Part shown: positions 52,815 through 62,660 of the stretch, piece after piece
How the letters are laid out: every line of letters starts with the position of its first letter
Position numbering within the stretch: position 1 is the stretch's first letter
IMG/VR virus record: IMGVR_UViG_2706795976_000001
Span: 34,137-98,136 of that record
Length of the DNA stretch: 64,000 nt
Direction: 5' to 3' (one strand)
From: a virus
Lineage: Duplodnaviria; Caudoviricetes
Notes under the pieces: generated by a model
Seen by the model: only the letters and a program-made list of their open reading frames with translations
Databases searched by the model: none
Told to the model about the DNA's origin: nothing
Program-made: the position numbers and the translations under genes

Positions 52815-53033
52815 ATGACTACTGTATCCGCCACCCTGACTACCGACGAGGCTCGCGAATCCATCGCTGCCAACCTCGCCGAGCTCCGCCAGAAGGCCCA
52901 CCGCGCTTTCGAGGTGGGCGACATGAACCAGTACGCCATTCTGCACGGCCTCATAAACGACGATCTCGACGCCATCGACATGCTCAATGCAGGCGATGAC
53001 GTCGAGTCGGTTCTTGCGATGTGGAGCAGCTAG
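52815..53033 (+). CDS. Hypothetical protein, last rightward gene
   Basis: GAAAGGGG RBS. Confidence 0.55.
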   Translation: MTTVSATLTTDEARESIAANLAELRQKAHRAFEVGDMNQYAILHGLINDDLDAIDMLNAGDDVESVLAMWSS

Positions 53034-53580
53034 TCGACGGCCCCGGTCCAGATGTCCAGCACTAGTTCGTAGCTCTCGAAGGTTTCGATCACGTCTCCAC
53101 CCTTGAGCGCAACCAGCGCCTTGCCGGACAGCCGCTTGCGAACCCACTGGATCTCCTCGGACACCACGGTGATGGGGTAGCGTCGCTCGGGCTTCTTGTG
53201 GTCCATCGTGAGGTGGATTGCGTGCCGGTAGCCCTGATGCTCGATCTTCACCTGCTTGTCTCCGTTCACCAGCTGCTCGAGTAGATCTGTCGTCGCGCTC
53301 ATCAGCTGGCCCACGCCCAGATGAACGGCAATGCTGCGATGGTGCCTCCGATGACACCCGCGATGATGATGAGAGTCATTCTTCCTCCTCGTCTTTCTTG
53401 AGTCGTGCTCGTTCCTTGACTGCCCCGATGCCGGGCCCGAGCCGTGCATCCAGCAGTAGCAACTGCTCCCAGGGCTTCAGCTGATCCCGTTTGTGCTGTC
53501 GCGCTGCTGCCAGCACCCGGGCGATACCTCGGGACTCGTGCTTGGCTACTCTCTTCGGCATATCTCCTCCTTCTGTTGGG

Positions 53581-53610
53581 CCCCTTCACGATACGTGAGG
53601 GGGTTTTCTT
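53581..53610 (+). terminator. Intrinsic terminator for rightward transcription
   Basis: CCCCTTCACG-ATA-CGTGAGGGGG-TTTTCTT. Confidence 0.7.
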
Positions 53611-53617
53611 GTGTCAA
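53588..53617 (-). promoter_or_regulatory. Leftward SigA-type promoter overlapping the terminator
   Basis: Minus strand TTGACA-18 bp-TATCGT, then AAGGAGGAG RBS and ATG 53561. Confidence 0.55.
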
Positions 53618-53902
53618 CTACAGCTTGCCGTAGTCCAAGGGTGGGTTCATGCTGGCGTAGGAAACCAGGCAGGTCTCGCACAGCCAGTTCGGATCTGATG
53701 TGTAATGGGCAAAATAAGCCTTAGCCAACTCTAGGTGTGCAGCACAGAGGAAAGCTATATCCCCGCAAGGCTTGTGCCCCTTGGCCCAGTGCGTTGCGAC
53801 ATGTGGGCACGGAGTCTCCCCGTCTGGGAGGTACCCCTCGCAGGACACCTCGGGGACGACCAGCTCCTCGGTGGAGTTATCGGCTAGGGCATCGGTGGAC
53901 AC
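53618..53902 (-). CDS. Hypothetical Cys-rich protein
   Basis: ORF with RBS. Confidence 0.5.
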   Translation of the reverse strand: MSTDALADNSTEELVVPEVSCEGYLPDGETPCPHVATHWAKGHKPCGDIAFLCAAHLELAKAYFAHYTSDPNWLCETCLVSYASMNPPLDYGKL

Positions 53903-54002
53903 GTGATCACCTCTTCATGCTTGTCGCATACGTACCGGGATTTGCAGTGCAGGAAGGCATCTAGCACACACCAGACACTCCGGCAGCCGCATGTTGTCAA
54001 CC

Positions 54003-54296
54003 TCACCGCAGCGTCACCCCCGGACCGTACCTCTCGACCATGCCCCGAAGCCATTCGACGCCCGGGGGATTGCTCGAGTGCACGTGCACCCGGCCTGGCC
54101 AGTGATCGTGCTCAGCCATCCACAGCACCACCGGCCGAGTGGTGTCGTCCCCACCGAGGTCGTGGTCAAGCGAGATCGCCTCGAAGTCACGTCCGGAGTA
54201 CGCGGCGACGTCGATGAGCCACAGCGCTTCGTCAGATGTCTTCGCCCACGCCCAGCCTTCCGGTGGTGTTCGGATGTCGTCAACCCAGAGTTTCAT
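54003..54296 (-). CDS. Cyclic-phosphate-processing receiver-like domain protein
   Basis: KLWVDDIRTPP.GW..AKT..EA...ISLDHDLG...VHSSNP.G. Confidence 0.75.
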   Translation of the reverse strand: MKLWVDDIRTPPEGWAWAKTSDEALWLIDVAAYSGRDFEAISLDHDLGGDDTTRPVVLWMAEHDHWPGRVHVHSSNPPGVEWLRGMVERYGPGVTLR

Positions 54297-55055
54297 CGTC
54301 TTCCTCCTTCCCAAACATCATGACACTGTCGTACGGATTGGACATCTGGATCACACGCTCCACGATGTACATGGGCACCGCGAACGAGATCCGGAGCAGC
54401 GCGGTGATCATTCGAAACCGGGGAGGTAGACGATCTTGTTGTCCACGATGCAGTCGATGCGCGTCGACCACCCGCTGCCGGTCTCGGCCAGGAATCCTCC
54501 ACGGTCGGCGCAGGCCTGGCGGAATCGATCCTCCTGGGAGTTCTCCTCCGCGATGCCTGCCATCACTGCGGCGAACACGCCGATCGCCAGCAGAGGGAAG
54601 AGCAGGAAGAACAGGATGTCGTCGTCCATCACGGCCTCGTCTCGATGCCACGGAGGGCAAGCTCATGCTGGACCGTAAGGACCTGGTCCACGAAGAACTC
54701 GAGGTGTCCGACGGCGTCAGACAGGGCCTTGAGGGTCTGCAGCATATCGCTCTCCACCTTGGTCACGCGGTCCTCGAGTCGGGCGTCGTTGGTCAGCCGG
54801 TCCCGGTAGTTGTACAGGCGGTTTTTGATGACGCCACCGGGGAGTGTGCTGAGCACCTCGTCAAGCATCTCGAGCTCGGCCTTGTCCTTGTCGTTCATCG
54901 TGTCCTCCGTTTCGCTATGGGCTGCTCGATCAGCAGTCCCTCGTCGTACAGCACCTCGGCGACCATCTGGCACTCCTTGAACAACAAGAGGCGACCAACA
55001 TAGGGGTGCGCGTCATAGATGGCCTGTGCTGCGTTGTCTATCGTGTTCTGTCGAT

Positions 55056-55388
55056 TCACAGGTACTCCTTCAGTTTCGAGTCACGCTCGACCGACATTTC
55101 GAACAGCTGCTCGCTGTGCCGTAGTGCGCCCTTGGTCTGGCAGGTGACGTGGTAGGCCTCGAGCAGTTCCTCGTACAACTCACCCTCGATCGGCGCACCG
55201 GCCATCTTCCACGCCTCGGCCAGTCGTGCGTGCTTCAGGACAGCTGCGTCATCGGCTCGCTGTGCGGTCTCTCGACGGACCCGATCCTTTTGCACCGACC
55301 GACGAGACATGAGCTTCGCTTGCTTCTGATCCTGCTCCGCCAGCAGCTCCGAGCGCGGCCTTCCGAACAGTTCGTACATACTCGCCAT
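55056..55388 (-). CDS. Hypothetical protein
   Basis: GGGGAG RBS. Confidence 0.5.
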   Translation of the reverse strand: MASMYELFGRPRSELLAEQDQKQAKLMSRRSVQKDRVRRETAQRADDAAVLKHARLAEAWKMAGAPIEGELYEELLEAYHVTCQTKGALRHSEQLFEMSVERDSKLKEYL

Positions 55389-55713
55389 AGTCTCCCCTTC
55401 CTCTGTGCTTGGGATCCGGCCCCAGTCCTGCCTCCCACAACCTCTGTCGTACCGTGTTCAAGCTGCAACCCAGCATCATGGATGTCTGCCGCTGGGATAT
55501 GCCGAGAGTGATATGGGATACCACATCCTCGACCGTGACATCCGACCGCCTGTGTGCGCCCACCTGAGGTGGAATCACATCTCGAGTGTACGACCAAATC
55601 GTCTGGTGCGATAGACCCACATCCCGGGCGATGTCTGCGACCCGTTCACCGGCCTGCACCCGCGCTCGCCACGCCTGCACCCGCTCAGGCGTGGCGATCC
55701 GCTCACGAGCCAC
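55249..55713 (-). CDS. Double-HTH DNA-binding protein
   Basis: GERVADIARDVGLSHQTI and GISQRQTSMMLGCSLNTVRQRL. Confidence 0.65.
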   Translation of the reverse strand: MARERIATPERVQAWRARVQAGERVADIARDVGLSHQTIWSYTRDVIPPQVGAHRRSDVTVEDVVSHITLGISQRQTSMMLGCSLNTVRQRLWEAGLGPDPKHRGRGDYGEYVRTVRKAALGAAGGAGSEASEAHVSSVGAKGSGPSRDRTASR

Positions 55714-56308
55714 TGAGTTCCACGTGGCGCAGGTCGGGGTTGCGCCCACCGAGGTCGGGATCACCGAGCTCGTGAAGCTGAGACAGGTCCTCGAACCACT
55801 CACCCGTGAACTCGTTCTGCCATGCCCACCGCACACTGTGGTAGTCCAGCCACTTGGTGTACTCGCGGACGATCCACGCATGGAGGTCGCCGCAGTTGCC
55901 GTAGCCTAGCTCCCGACCCGGTTCGTGGGGCCAGTCGACGCCTTCGTAGTCCCGGCCGTATCCGTACGCGGTGTCGATGTCGACATTGACGTACCCGGCC
56001 GGGGTGTAGCTGACCTCCCGGATGTCGGCGGGCACCAACAGCCGAGGGTCGTCCTTGTCTGTGGTGTAGTACTCATCCTCGAGGTCGATCAGTTGACCCT
56101 TGTTGTGCCGGACGATGAGCCACGCACAGAGGCCTTGACCTGGCTCTGCGGCGATCGAGTAGTCGGTGTCCCAGTCGAACCTCGAGTCCTCGGGGGTGCG
56201 GATCTTCCATCGGAACCCCTCGTCCGCCCCGATCAGCTTGGCCACGTGCATGAAAGCCAAGTTGGGGTCGATGGGGTCGAGTGCTCGGATGTTGGTCGAG
56301 AGTGTCAT
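55703..56308 (-). CDS. Hypothetical protein
   Basis: GGAG RBS; D.D.AYGY...DLHA...W.W.NEFTGEW motif. Confidence 0.6.
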   Translation of the reverse strand: MTLSTNIRALDPIDPNLAFMHVAKLIGADEGFRWKIRTPEDSRFDWDTDYSIAAEPGQGLCAWLIVRHNKGQLIDLEDEYYTTDKDDPRLLVPADIREVSYTPAGYVNVDIDTAYGYGRDYEGVDWPHEPGRELGYGNCGDLHAWIVREYTKWLDYHSVRWAWQNEFTGEWFEDLSQLHELGDPDLGGRNPDLRHVELSGS

Positions 56309-56321
56309 TTGTGTTCTCCGT

Positions 56322-56714
56322 TCAGTCGTAGTGGTGGTCGTCGGCGAGCAGGATGAGCTCGTACACGCCTTGGTCGTTCGGCTCGAGCCCGAGAATGCAG
56401 GGCCCGGTGTCACCGTAGTCGGCGTAGTAGATCAATTCCTCGCCTTGGACCTTGTACTCGCCGCCCTTCCACCCATGGATCGGGTCACCGATGCTCGCTC
56501 GGTATCGCGCGGCCAGGTCACCAGCCTTGCGGAATCCGCCCCGGAGGTCCTTGGTGGCGTTGCGTTCGTAGTACCCGCGATACGAGTGCACGCACCCGTC
56601 CAGTCCGCGAACTGGGGCGTCGTACGGGAGCATCTCCAGCCCAGCGATCAGGTCATTGAGGGTCCGCCTCTGGTACGTCTTCACCATGCCACCTCTTCCG
56701 ATTTGATCGACCAT
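56322..56714 (-). CDS. Hypothetical protein
   Basis: HSYRGYY...GWKGGEY motif. Confidence 0.6.
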   Translation of the reverse strand: MVDQIGRGGMVKTYQRRTLNDLIAGLEMLPYDAPVRGLDGCVHSYRGYYERNATKDLRGGFRKAGDLAARYRASIGDPIHGWKGGEYKVQGEELIYYADYGDTGPCILGLEPNDQGVYELILLADDHHYD

Positions 56715-57170
56715 GAATCGTGCAGGATGCGAAGTAGCTTGTACTCCACCGACTTCGAGTCTTGCGACAGTGCGTAATCCTCGATTGCCTGCTTGAGCCA
56801 GTTGAGTTGAGCTTCCCTCTCGGCGTGGTAGTTGTCGAGGGACCTCTGTGTTGCCTGTGCGTCCGAGATCTGCTGCCGGATGATGGCTCCGTACAGTTCC
56901 GACTGGAAGATCTTCTCCCCGTGCCCTTCTTCAGTGTCCATCACTTCTCCTTCTGTTGGTCTTCGATGGCGCGGCGACGAACCCCTGCTCGACCACCCCG
57001 GCGCTTGTGCTTACCCTGGGGGATGGGTTGTGCCGCATTCGATCTGCGCAGTTCCTGATACTTCCGGACGATCGGGTTGGTCTCCTTCTTCGCCATGTGC
57101 GGCACCTCCCTTCTTGATCGATAGGAACTCGTTCATCATTTGGATGTGTTCAGCGTAGGTGAACATCGTA

Positions 57171-57452
57171 CTAGATGAACACCATCCACTGCCGGTGGCG
57201 GCGGACCTGCTTGGCGTCGAACTTGATCGGCCCGGGCCCCTGGCCGTAGTCGAACTGGTCCACGAAGTCACTGACGCGACGCGGGAAGATGTAGTAGGCG
57301 CGCGAACTGACCCGGTCGACGATGATCTCCTCATTGTTCACCATCACGTCCCTCACGCCAGGTTTGCGCAGGATGGCCAGGGCGATGGGGCACCGGTCAG
57401 TCTCGCACGCCACGCCCTTCTCGATGTCCTCGGCGGTGACCTCGACGATCAT
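57171..57452 (-). CDS. Hypothetical protein (paralog of 47247-47570)
   Basis: MIVEVTAEDI.KG....CPIALA. Confidence 0.6.
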   Translation of the reverse strand: MIVEVTAEDIEKGVACETDRCPIALAILRKPGVRDVMVNNEEIIVDRVSSRAYYIFPRRVSDFVDQFDYGQGPGPIKFDAKQVRRHRQWMVFI

Positions 57453-57886
57453 TCTTCCTCCGTCCAGACCCGGAGACCGGGGTAGTCGCCGACGATGTCG
57501 CGGATGAATTCCTCGATGTACACGGCTGCGTTTTCCGCCCGCCCAGAGTCTCCGATATCGGCACAGAGGACGACATCCCCGTGGTCCTGGCTGGTTGCCC
57601 AGATGGTGTAGCTCATGCCTTGTCTCCCTTCGATTCTGCTGCGATGGCCAGCTGTTCGGCGGTGTACTCGACCCAGTCCCAGTAGCCCTGTCGGGTGTCG
57701 CCGTTGGCCACCTGCTCCTGCCAATCACTGACGGGGAAGTTGGGGTTCTCGTCCCAGTGTCCGAACATCACCAATCCTCCTCGTCCTCGTTCTCCTGCAG
57801 CCACGGGTTGGTGCACTCACCGAGGTAGTGATACAACCCGCACGGTCCGCAGTAGTGGGTGTCGTCGGGGTCCAACCAGTTGGTGG

Positions 57887-58153
57887 TCACTGGGACACCA
57901 GCTCGATGAGGCCAGCCTTGGTGAGCTTCCCGTAGCCCTTCAGTCCGAGGGACTTGGCCAAGGCTCGCAGCTCGTCTCGGGTGAGCTTGGCGATGGTCTC
58001 GGTTGCGAGCTTGTCGTCAACGTCGACCGGCTTGGCCAAGTGCTCCCACGCCGTCCAGATGCCCGTGCCGATCTGCCGACGGCGGACCTTGTTGCCGCGC
58101 TCTTTGGCGATGACCCAGGTGCCGAAGTTGGGGTCGGTTGCGGTGATGCTCAT
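57887..58153 (-). CDS. Protein with Rho-N-like (HeH) nucleic-acid-binding C-terminus
   Basis: LTRDELRALAKSLGLKGYGKLTKAGLIELV. Confidence 0.65.
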   Translation of the reverse strand: MSITATDPNFGTWVIAKERGNKVRRRQIGTGIWTAWEHLAKPVDVDDKLATETIAKLTRDELRALAKSLGLKGYGKLTKAGLIELVSQ

Positions 58154-58874
58154 AGTTGTTGTCTCCGTTTCTTTACGTGCTCGAAGCAGGTGATGGTCAG
58201 GGTGCCACCGGTGATGGTGACGTTGGGTTCCCCTGTGTTGTAGTCGTATTCAGTGTAGGTGGTGAGGTCGACGACACAACCACAGTCGAGTTCGACGGTC
58301 ACGACTCAGACGCCGACCGAGTGGTACCGCGCGCCGAGCTTGTAGAGCGCACTCTCGATGCTGTCGGTGACCTCGGCCCCCTTCGGTGCCGCGATGAGGA
58401 AATCTTTATCGGCGGTGTACCAGACGTGCGCCGTGCGGACATCCACGTTGGCCCTGTTGAACAGATCGTTGTTGATCCATGCAACCATCGTCTCTTTGTT
58501 GAGCTTGCGCTGCAGGGGATTGAGGTTGGACGGGGTCAGTTCTTCGATGTTTGCCATGGTTTCATCCTCTCAGGTTCTTCATGCCGCACTGGTCGCAGGA
58601 CCCGGCGGTCACTTCGTGCAGCCCGCCGGATCGCAGGTCGGCACACGGGGTTTCGATGCCGGGAAGGTAGTACTTCTCCCACATGTGGATCATGGTGCCG
58701 ACGTTGTCGCCTTCGTAGTTCTCGTACGCTTCGACGAATTCGCTGAGCGTGGCCACTACCGATCCACCTCGTTCGAAACCTTACAGAAGATCGGCAACTC
58801 GAACCAGTCGAGTTCGGTGTACCCGAACACCTCATCGATCGCTTCCAGGCTCCGCTGATAGCTGATGTCCATGG

Positions 58875-59195
58875 TCACTGCCCCCCGACGATGTAGCCGA
58901 GCAGGTTGGACGTGGCTTCACCCCGCCCGGCCTCGGTGACCAGATAGGCGTCGACCACCGCGACCACGTGCTGATCCCCGCTGTCGTTCGCGGTGAGTTC
59001 CAGCGCCTCGGTTGGGGACTTCGCTGCGATCTCCGCCCATGCGCCGCCGAGGTAGAAGATGCGGTACAGGGTGGACACGTACGGCTCCCCTGCCTGGATG
59101 GCGGGCTGCTCGTGGTCGAGCTTCCAGTGCTCATCCTGGTCGTAGCTGTCGAGTGCGCGGTAGGTGCACTCGGGGCAGTCGAGGTAGTTGGTCAT
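58875..59195 (-). CDS. Hypothetical C2H2-like protein
   Basis: CPEC...HW..H; downstream of promoter. Confidence 0.5.
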   Translation of the reverse strand: MTNYLDCPECTYRALDSYDQDEHWKLDHEQPAIQAGEPYVSTLYRIFYLGGAWAEIAAKSPTEALELTANDSGDQHVVAVVDAYLVTEAGRGEATSNLLGYIVGGQ

Positions 59196-59226
59196 CTCAT
59201 TCTCCATCTGTTGTGGTGTGATGTTG

Positions 59227-59263
59227 AGTCTAGTTGTTGTGATGCTGGGAGTCAATACCCTAG
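59227..59263 (-). promoter_or_regulatory. Strong leftward promoter, copy 1
   Basis: CTAGGGTA-TTGACT-17 bp-TAGACT. Confidence 0.7.
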
Positions 59264-59550
59264 TAGCAGGCGTCTCCGTGGGGCGCTACCGCCGTGTGTC
59301 GGGTGCCATCCTTCAGGATGACTTCCACGCTGTTGTCCATGTAGTGCTGGATGTCGACCACGGTGGAAGTGTGGCGCTCCCACTGGTCATAGCACAGCGT
59401 GCACGACCGATCATTGTTGGGCGAGCACTCCCGGCCCTTCAGGAAACCGAGGTCCCGATGTCCGACCGGTCCGGGGAACTGACGGGCCCAGTAGTCGGCT
59501 TTCGAGGTGAGTCGCGAGTAGGTGTAGGTGTCGCCGATCTTGATTGCCAT
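59260..59550 (-). CDS. Hypothetical protein
   Basis: GGAGG RBS. Confidence 0.55.
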   Translation of the reverse strand: MAIKIGDTYTYSRLTSKADYWARQFPGPVGHRDLGFLKGRECSPNNDRSCTLCYDQWERHTSTVVDIQHYMDNSVEVILKDGTRHTAVAPHGDACY

Positions 59551-59585
59551 GGTGTGTCCTCCGGTTGGTTGAGTTGAGGGGTTGA

Positions 59586-59635
59586 GTGCCTGCCCACGGG
59601 GTTGAACCGTGGGCCGCTGCCGGGTCAGCTCAGGC
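59586..59635 (-). ncRNA. Mini tRNA-like structural element
   Basis: GCCTG/CAGGC stem, GCTG/CAGC hairpin, CCCACGG-TTCAACC-CCGTGGG T-arm. Confidence 0.45.
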
Positions 59636-59785
59636 GTCGTGCTGTGCGCGTTCGGGCGTCTTCGATGGGGGAGAAGTAGTACGCCTGCTTCAGTTCGGGG
59701 TCCAGGTCGTCCCAGTCATCCGGATCGCCGCCCATGCTCAGGAACCGCCAGGATGCCGCGACATCCTCTGATGTCATCTCGCCGC

Positions 59786-60202
59786 TCACCCGTACACCAC
59801 CTTGCCGAATAGGCCCAGCTGCACGATGGCATCGGCGTCGGCAGCGTCGTAGTCACCCTCGTCGCCGTCGGTGTCCGACAGTTGCGCGAACCGTTGCTGA
59901 GTTGAGCCGTGATAGTCCGGCCGATACCCGTTGTTGATGTAGCTGCACGACGGGTGCCGCATCATGGCTAGACCACGCTCGATGGTGGCCAGGGTGACGA
60001 GACGCTCACGGTTGTCATCGTACGGCGTCACCCTATACCCCACCGTGATGTAGTCGAGAATGTAGTCATCCGGGGCATCCTCGACCACGGGCAGATCCAC
60101 CGTTGCCCAATAGTTGAGTTCCGCCGTGATGAGGATGTCAGACAGGAACGCCTTGCGCTTGTCGGTGTAACCCTTGTCGGTTTCCGACAGATGTACCGTC
60201 AT
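59786..60202 (-). CDS. Hypothetical protein
   Basis: C-terminal DA..AD.IVQ.GLFG.VVYG motif. Confidence 0.65.
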   Translation of the reverse strand: MTVHLSETDKGYTDKRKAFLSDILITAELNYWATVDLPVVEDAPDDYILDYITVGYRVTPYDDNRERLVTLATIERGLAMMRHPSCSYINNGYRPDYHGSTQQRFAQLSDTDGDEGDYDAADADAIVQLGLFGKVVYG

Positions 60203-60661
60203 GTTTACTTGTCTCCTGTGATCTGGACACCGGTGATGTCCTGGTAGGCGTAGTCATAGCAGAGTTGGGCGGACCGGAGTGCCTCGTCGGCGATGTCGAA
60301 ACGCCCGGCACGTTGGGCGCGCTCGGCTTTCTCCTCCCACTTGAGTGCCCGCTGGTAGTAGTCGACGGGTTGCGGCGTGGCCATGTAGGGTTGTCCCTCG
60401 TCTCCGATGTTGAGCATGTCAGCGCGCGAGCTTCATGTAGGAATGCAGCGCAACCGGGTTGTTGGACTGGACGACCGCGCGGAAGGCCAGCAGAACCTGC
60501 AGGGCGTACGGGTTGTTGTTGCGAAACATCGAGCCCGTGGTGGGATCGATGGCCCACCGACTCACGTTCGCTTTGGTGAGGTTGACCTTCGGTGCCTTAG
60601 TGAGGTTGACCATTGTTTTCTCCGATTCTGTGAGTTGGGCAGTTCCCCTGCCCGTGTGTTC

Positions 60662-60699
60662 AGTCTAGTTGATGCTGATACTGGGAGTCAATACCCTAG
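60662..60699 (-). promoter_or_regulatory. Strong leftward promoter, copy 2
   Basis: CTAGGGTA-TTGACT-18 bp-TAGACT. Confidence 0.7.
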
Positions 60700-60889
60700 A
60701 ACCACTGGATATTTAGATCGTCCTTGCGTGTGGTCTGGCAGTTGAGACACACCAACCTCACACCGTCGCCGTCGTCAGTCATCCAATCCTCGCCAGCGTG
60801 GATGGTCCCATCGTCGTCGATTGACACAGACCAGTATCGGCTGTATCCCGATTCCACTAGCTGCCAATCGTGGTCGCATGTTGTGTTGC

Positions 60890-61174
60890 TCACAGCGCAC
60901 CTGCCAAGTCGTCGATTGACACATGCTCAGGCATGCTGTCAATGCTGCCGCTGACATAGGCGTCTCGGCATGCCCACCAAGCATCGTCTAGCGCTCGGTT
61001 CCATCGCGACCAATCATCTGGCCATGCCCCGGTGAACGGTTCTGCCGCTGACTCCCATTGTTGTATCGCCTTCCGCGTGGCAGACACAACAGCGCTGAAG
61101 CGTTTGACCGGATCACTGACACGCGTTGCACGCGTGAGGTTGGCCTTTTGCTGGGAGTATAGAGTACGTGCCAT
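60890..61174 (-). CDS. Hypothetical protein
   Basis: WPDDWSRW.RALDDA motif; RBS. Confidence 0.6.
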   Translation of the reverse strand: MARTLYSQQKANLTRATRVSDPVKRFSAVVSATRKAIQQWESAAEPFTGAWPDDWSRWNRALDDAWWACRDAYVSGSIDSMPEHVSIDDLAGAL

Positions 61175-61219
61175 TTGCCTTACCCGATTCTGTGAGTTGA
61201 GTTGTGAGTGAGTTGGGGA

Positions 61220-61336
61220 CTACTGGCCAAGAATGACGCGCTTTTTGGCCAACGGTTGCGCGTTTCGTTTTTCGGCGCGGCGGCGCTTACGTTCGATTGT
61301 GATCGCGCGCTGTTGTGCCTTGTTGAGATTGGACAT
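61220..61336 (-). CDS. 38-aa basic micro-protein, not in ORF track
   Basis: MSNLNKAQQRAITIERKRRRAEKRNAQPLAKKRVILGQ*; fills an intergenic gap. Confidence 0.45.
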   Translation of the reverse strand: MSNLNKAQQRAITIERKRRRAEKRNAQPLAKKRVILGQ

Positions 61337-61533
61337 CGTTCTACTCACTTTCATGGTGGACGTGGAAGTGTTCTGTTACTGCCACGTGTTGGGTTGTGTC
61401 GCCGAATAGAGACACATGGAAATACGTGTGAGTCACTAGGTAAGCGTACTCATCGCGCGCGTCGGATAGTTCAGTGAAATACTCCACATAGGTATCGGTG
61501 GCCACACAATACACGTTCATAGCGGGTCATCGC

Positions 61534-61959
61534 CTAGAATCGATCGGGGTAACGTGATCCGACGTGCCGCGTAATTGAGTTGCGACCATCGTAGTATGCC
61601 AACTGGCCACGTTCGATAGCGGCGGTGTGTGCCTTGTGTTGGTCGGCGAACGTTTCGACGACATCCAAGTACACGTAACCGTTGTGTATCCAAGTCCCCA
61701 GGAACAAACCCGCCAACCATTGTTTGCGGTGAGTGTCCAGGTACTTGTCGACATCCGCGCGAACTGCCCAACGATCGTACGTTGTGATGCCAGACAGTTC
61801 GGTGCGCGTTTCGAGAGACTTGGATACTGCCACGACGAATAGAGCTGAGATGTCCACGTGTCCGCCCGTTGCGGGGGAGAACGTGCCGCCCCCGTCCATC
61901 AGCGTATCCCGCGCGATACGTGCCGCCATATCGACGGTTGTTGAATTCCGCATGTCCAA
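61534..61959 (-). CDS. Hypothetical protein
   Basis: GG.TF...LGTW...G.VYLDV...A....Q.A.YD motif. Confidence 0.6.
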   Translation of the reverse strand: MDMRNSTTVDMAARIARDTLMDGGGTFSPATGGHVDISALFVVAVSKSLETRTELSGITTYDRWAVRADVDKYLDTHRKQWLAGLFLGTWIHNGYVYLDVVETFADQHKAHTAAIERGQLAYYDGRNSITRHVGSRYPDRF

Positions 61960-61964
61960 TCCCC

Positions 61965-62618
61965 TTAGAATGGTGCGACTGTATCGGACAGTCGTGCGTT
62001 ACGTTGTTGTGTGTGAGCCGCAACCCAAGTAATCGCTTGAATCTCACTCGGTTCTACCCCGACGATAGCGGCCGCGCGACGGTAAGCATCGCTGAGACCA
62101 GCATATACCCCGACACGCTTGATACGTTCGGGATTGGACATACCCGCGATACGCATAGCCCACGAATCAATGGTCACGTAATGAGTGTCACCTAGGATAT
62201 TGTGGGCAAACGCGTGAGTCTTTATACCGGGAGTCATGTCCGCTAGGGGAGTCTCGGACCAGTACAGAGCACGGTACGCGCGTTTCCATGATGCATACAT
62301 ACAACCACTACGGGCACCGGCCGCGCGATTGTTGGGAGTCTCGTCATAGCGTGAGTCAGGTTCTGCCAAGGCAAGCGCATATGCTACGTTGTCCTCCCAC
62401 GACATTTGTGGTGATAGGTGAGCTATCGCTACTGCGGCCGATTCGATGCTCCGACCGCTGATATCTGCCACGACTTCCGCAACCATACGCGCGTCTTTAT
62501 ACCAGACCATACCAGCCATAATATCGTCGGTTGTTGCGCGTGAGTACATGTCGAGGATGTTCGCGACCATCGCGCGCGAACCGATACCCGCTTGCTTGTG
62601 TAGTGGCTTGTGAGTCAT
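61965..62618 (-). CDS. Conserved phage early protein, possibly HhH-glycosylase-like
   Basis: WY...LSPQ.SW..N...KT..F..NI....VTID.WA.R.A...Y..AA....P..IQAITW. Confidence 0.6.
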   Translation of the reverse strand: MTHKPLHKQAGIGSRAMVANILDMYSRATTDDIMAGMVWYKDARMVAEVVADISGRSIESAAVAIAHLSPQMSWEDNVAYALALAEPDSRYDETPNNRAAGARSGCMYASWKRAYRALYWSETPLADMTPGIKTHAFAHNILGDTHYVTIDSWAMRIAGMSNPERIKRVGVYAGLSDAYRRAAAIVGVEPSEIQAITWVAAHTQQRNARLSDTVAPF

Positions 62619-62660
62619 GGCAGAAAACCCTTCGCTGTGTTGGGGACTACATTACGCGTG

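Noticed and set aside
59586-59635. A true tRNA gene
   Set aside because: Too short, with no anticodon arm; I found no complete tRNA in the window by eye
1-60000. Apparent abundance of CTCGAG
   Set aside because: Largely explained by Leu-Glu codon pairs (CTC GAG); cannot be shown to be enriched without counting against a codon-aware model
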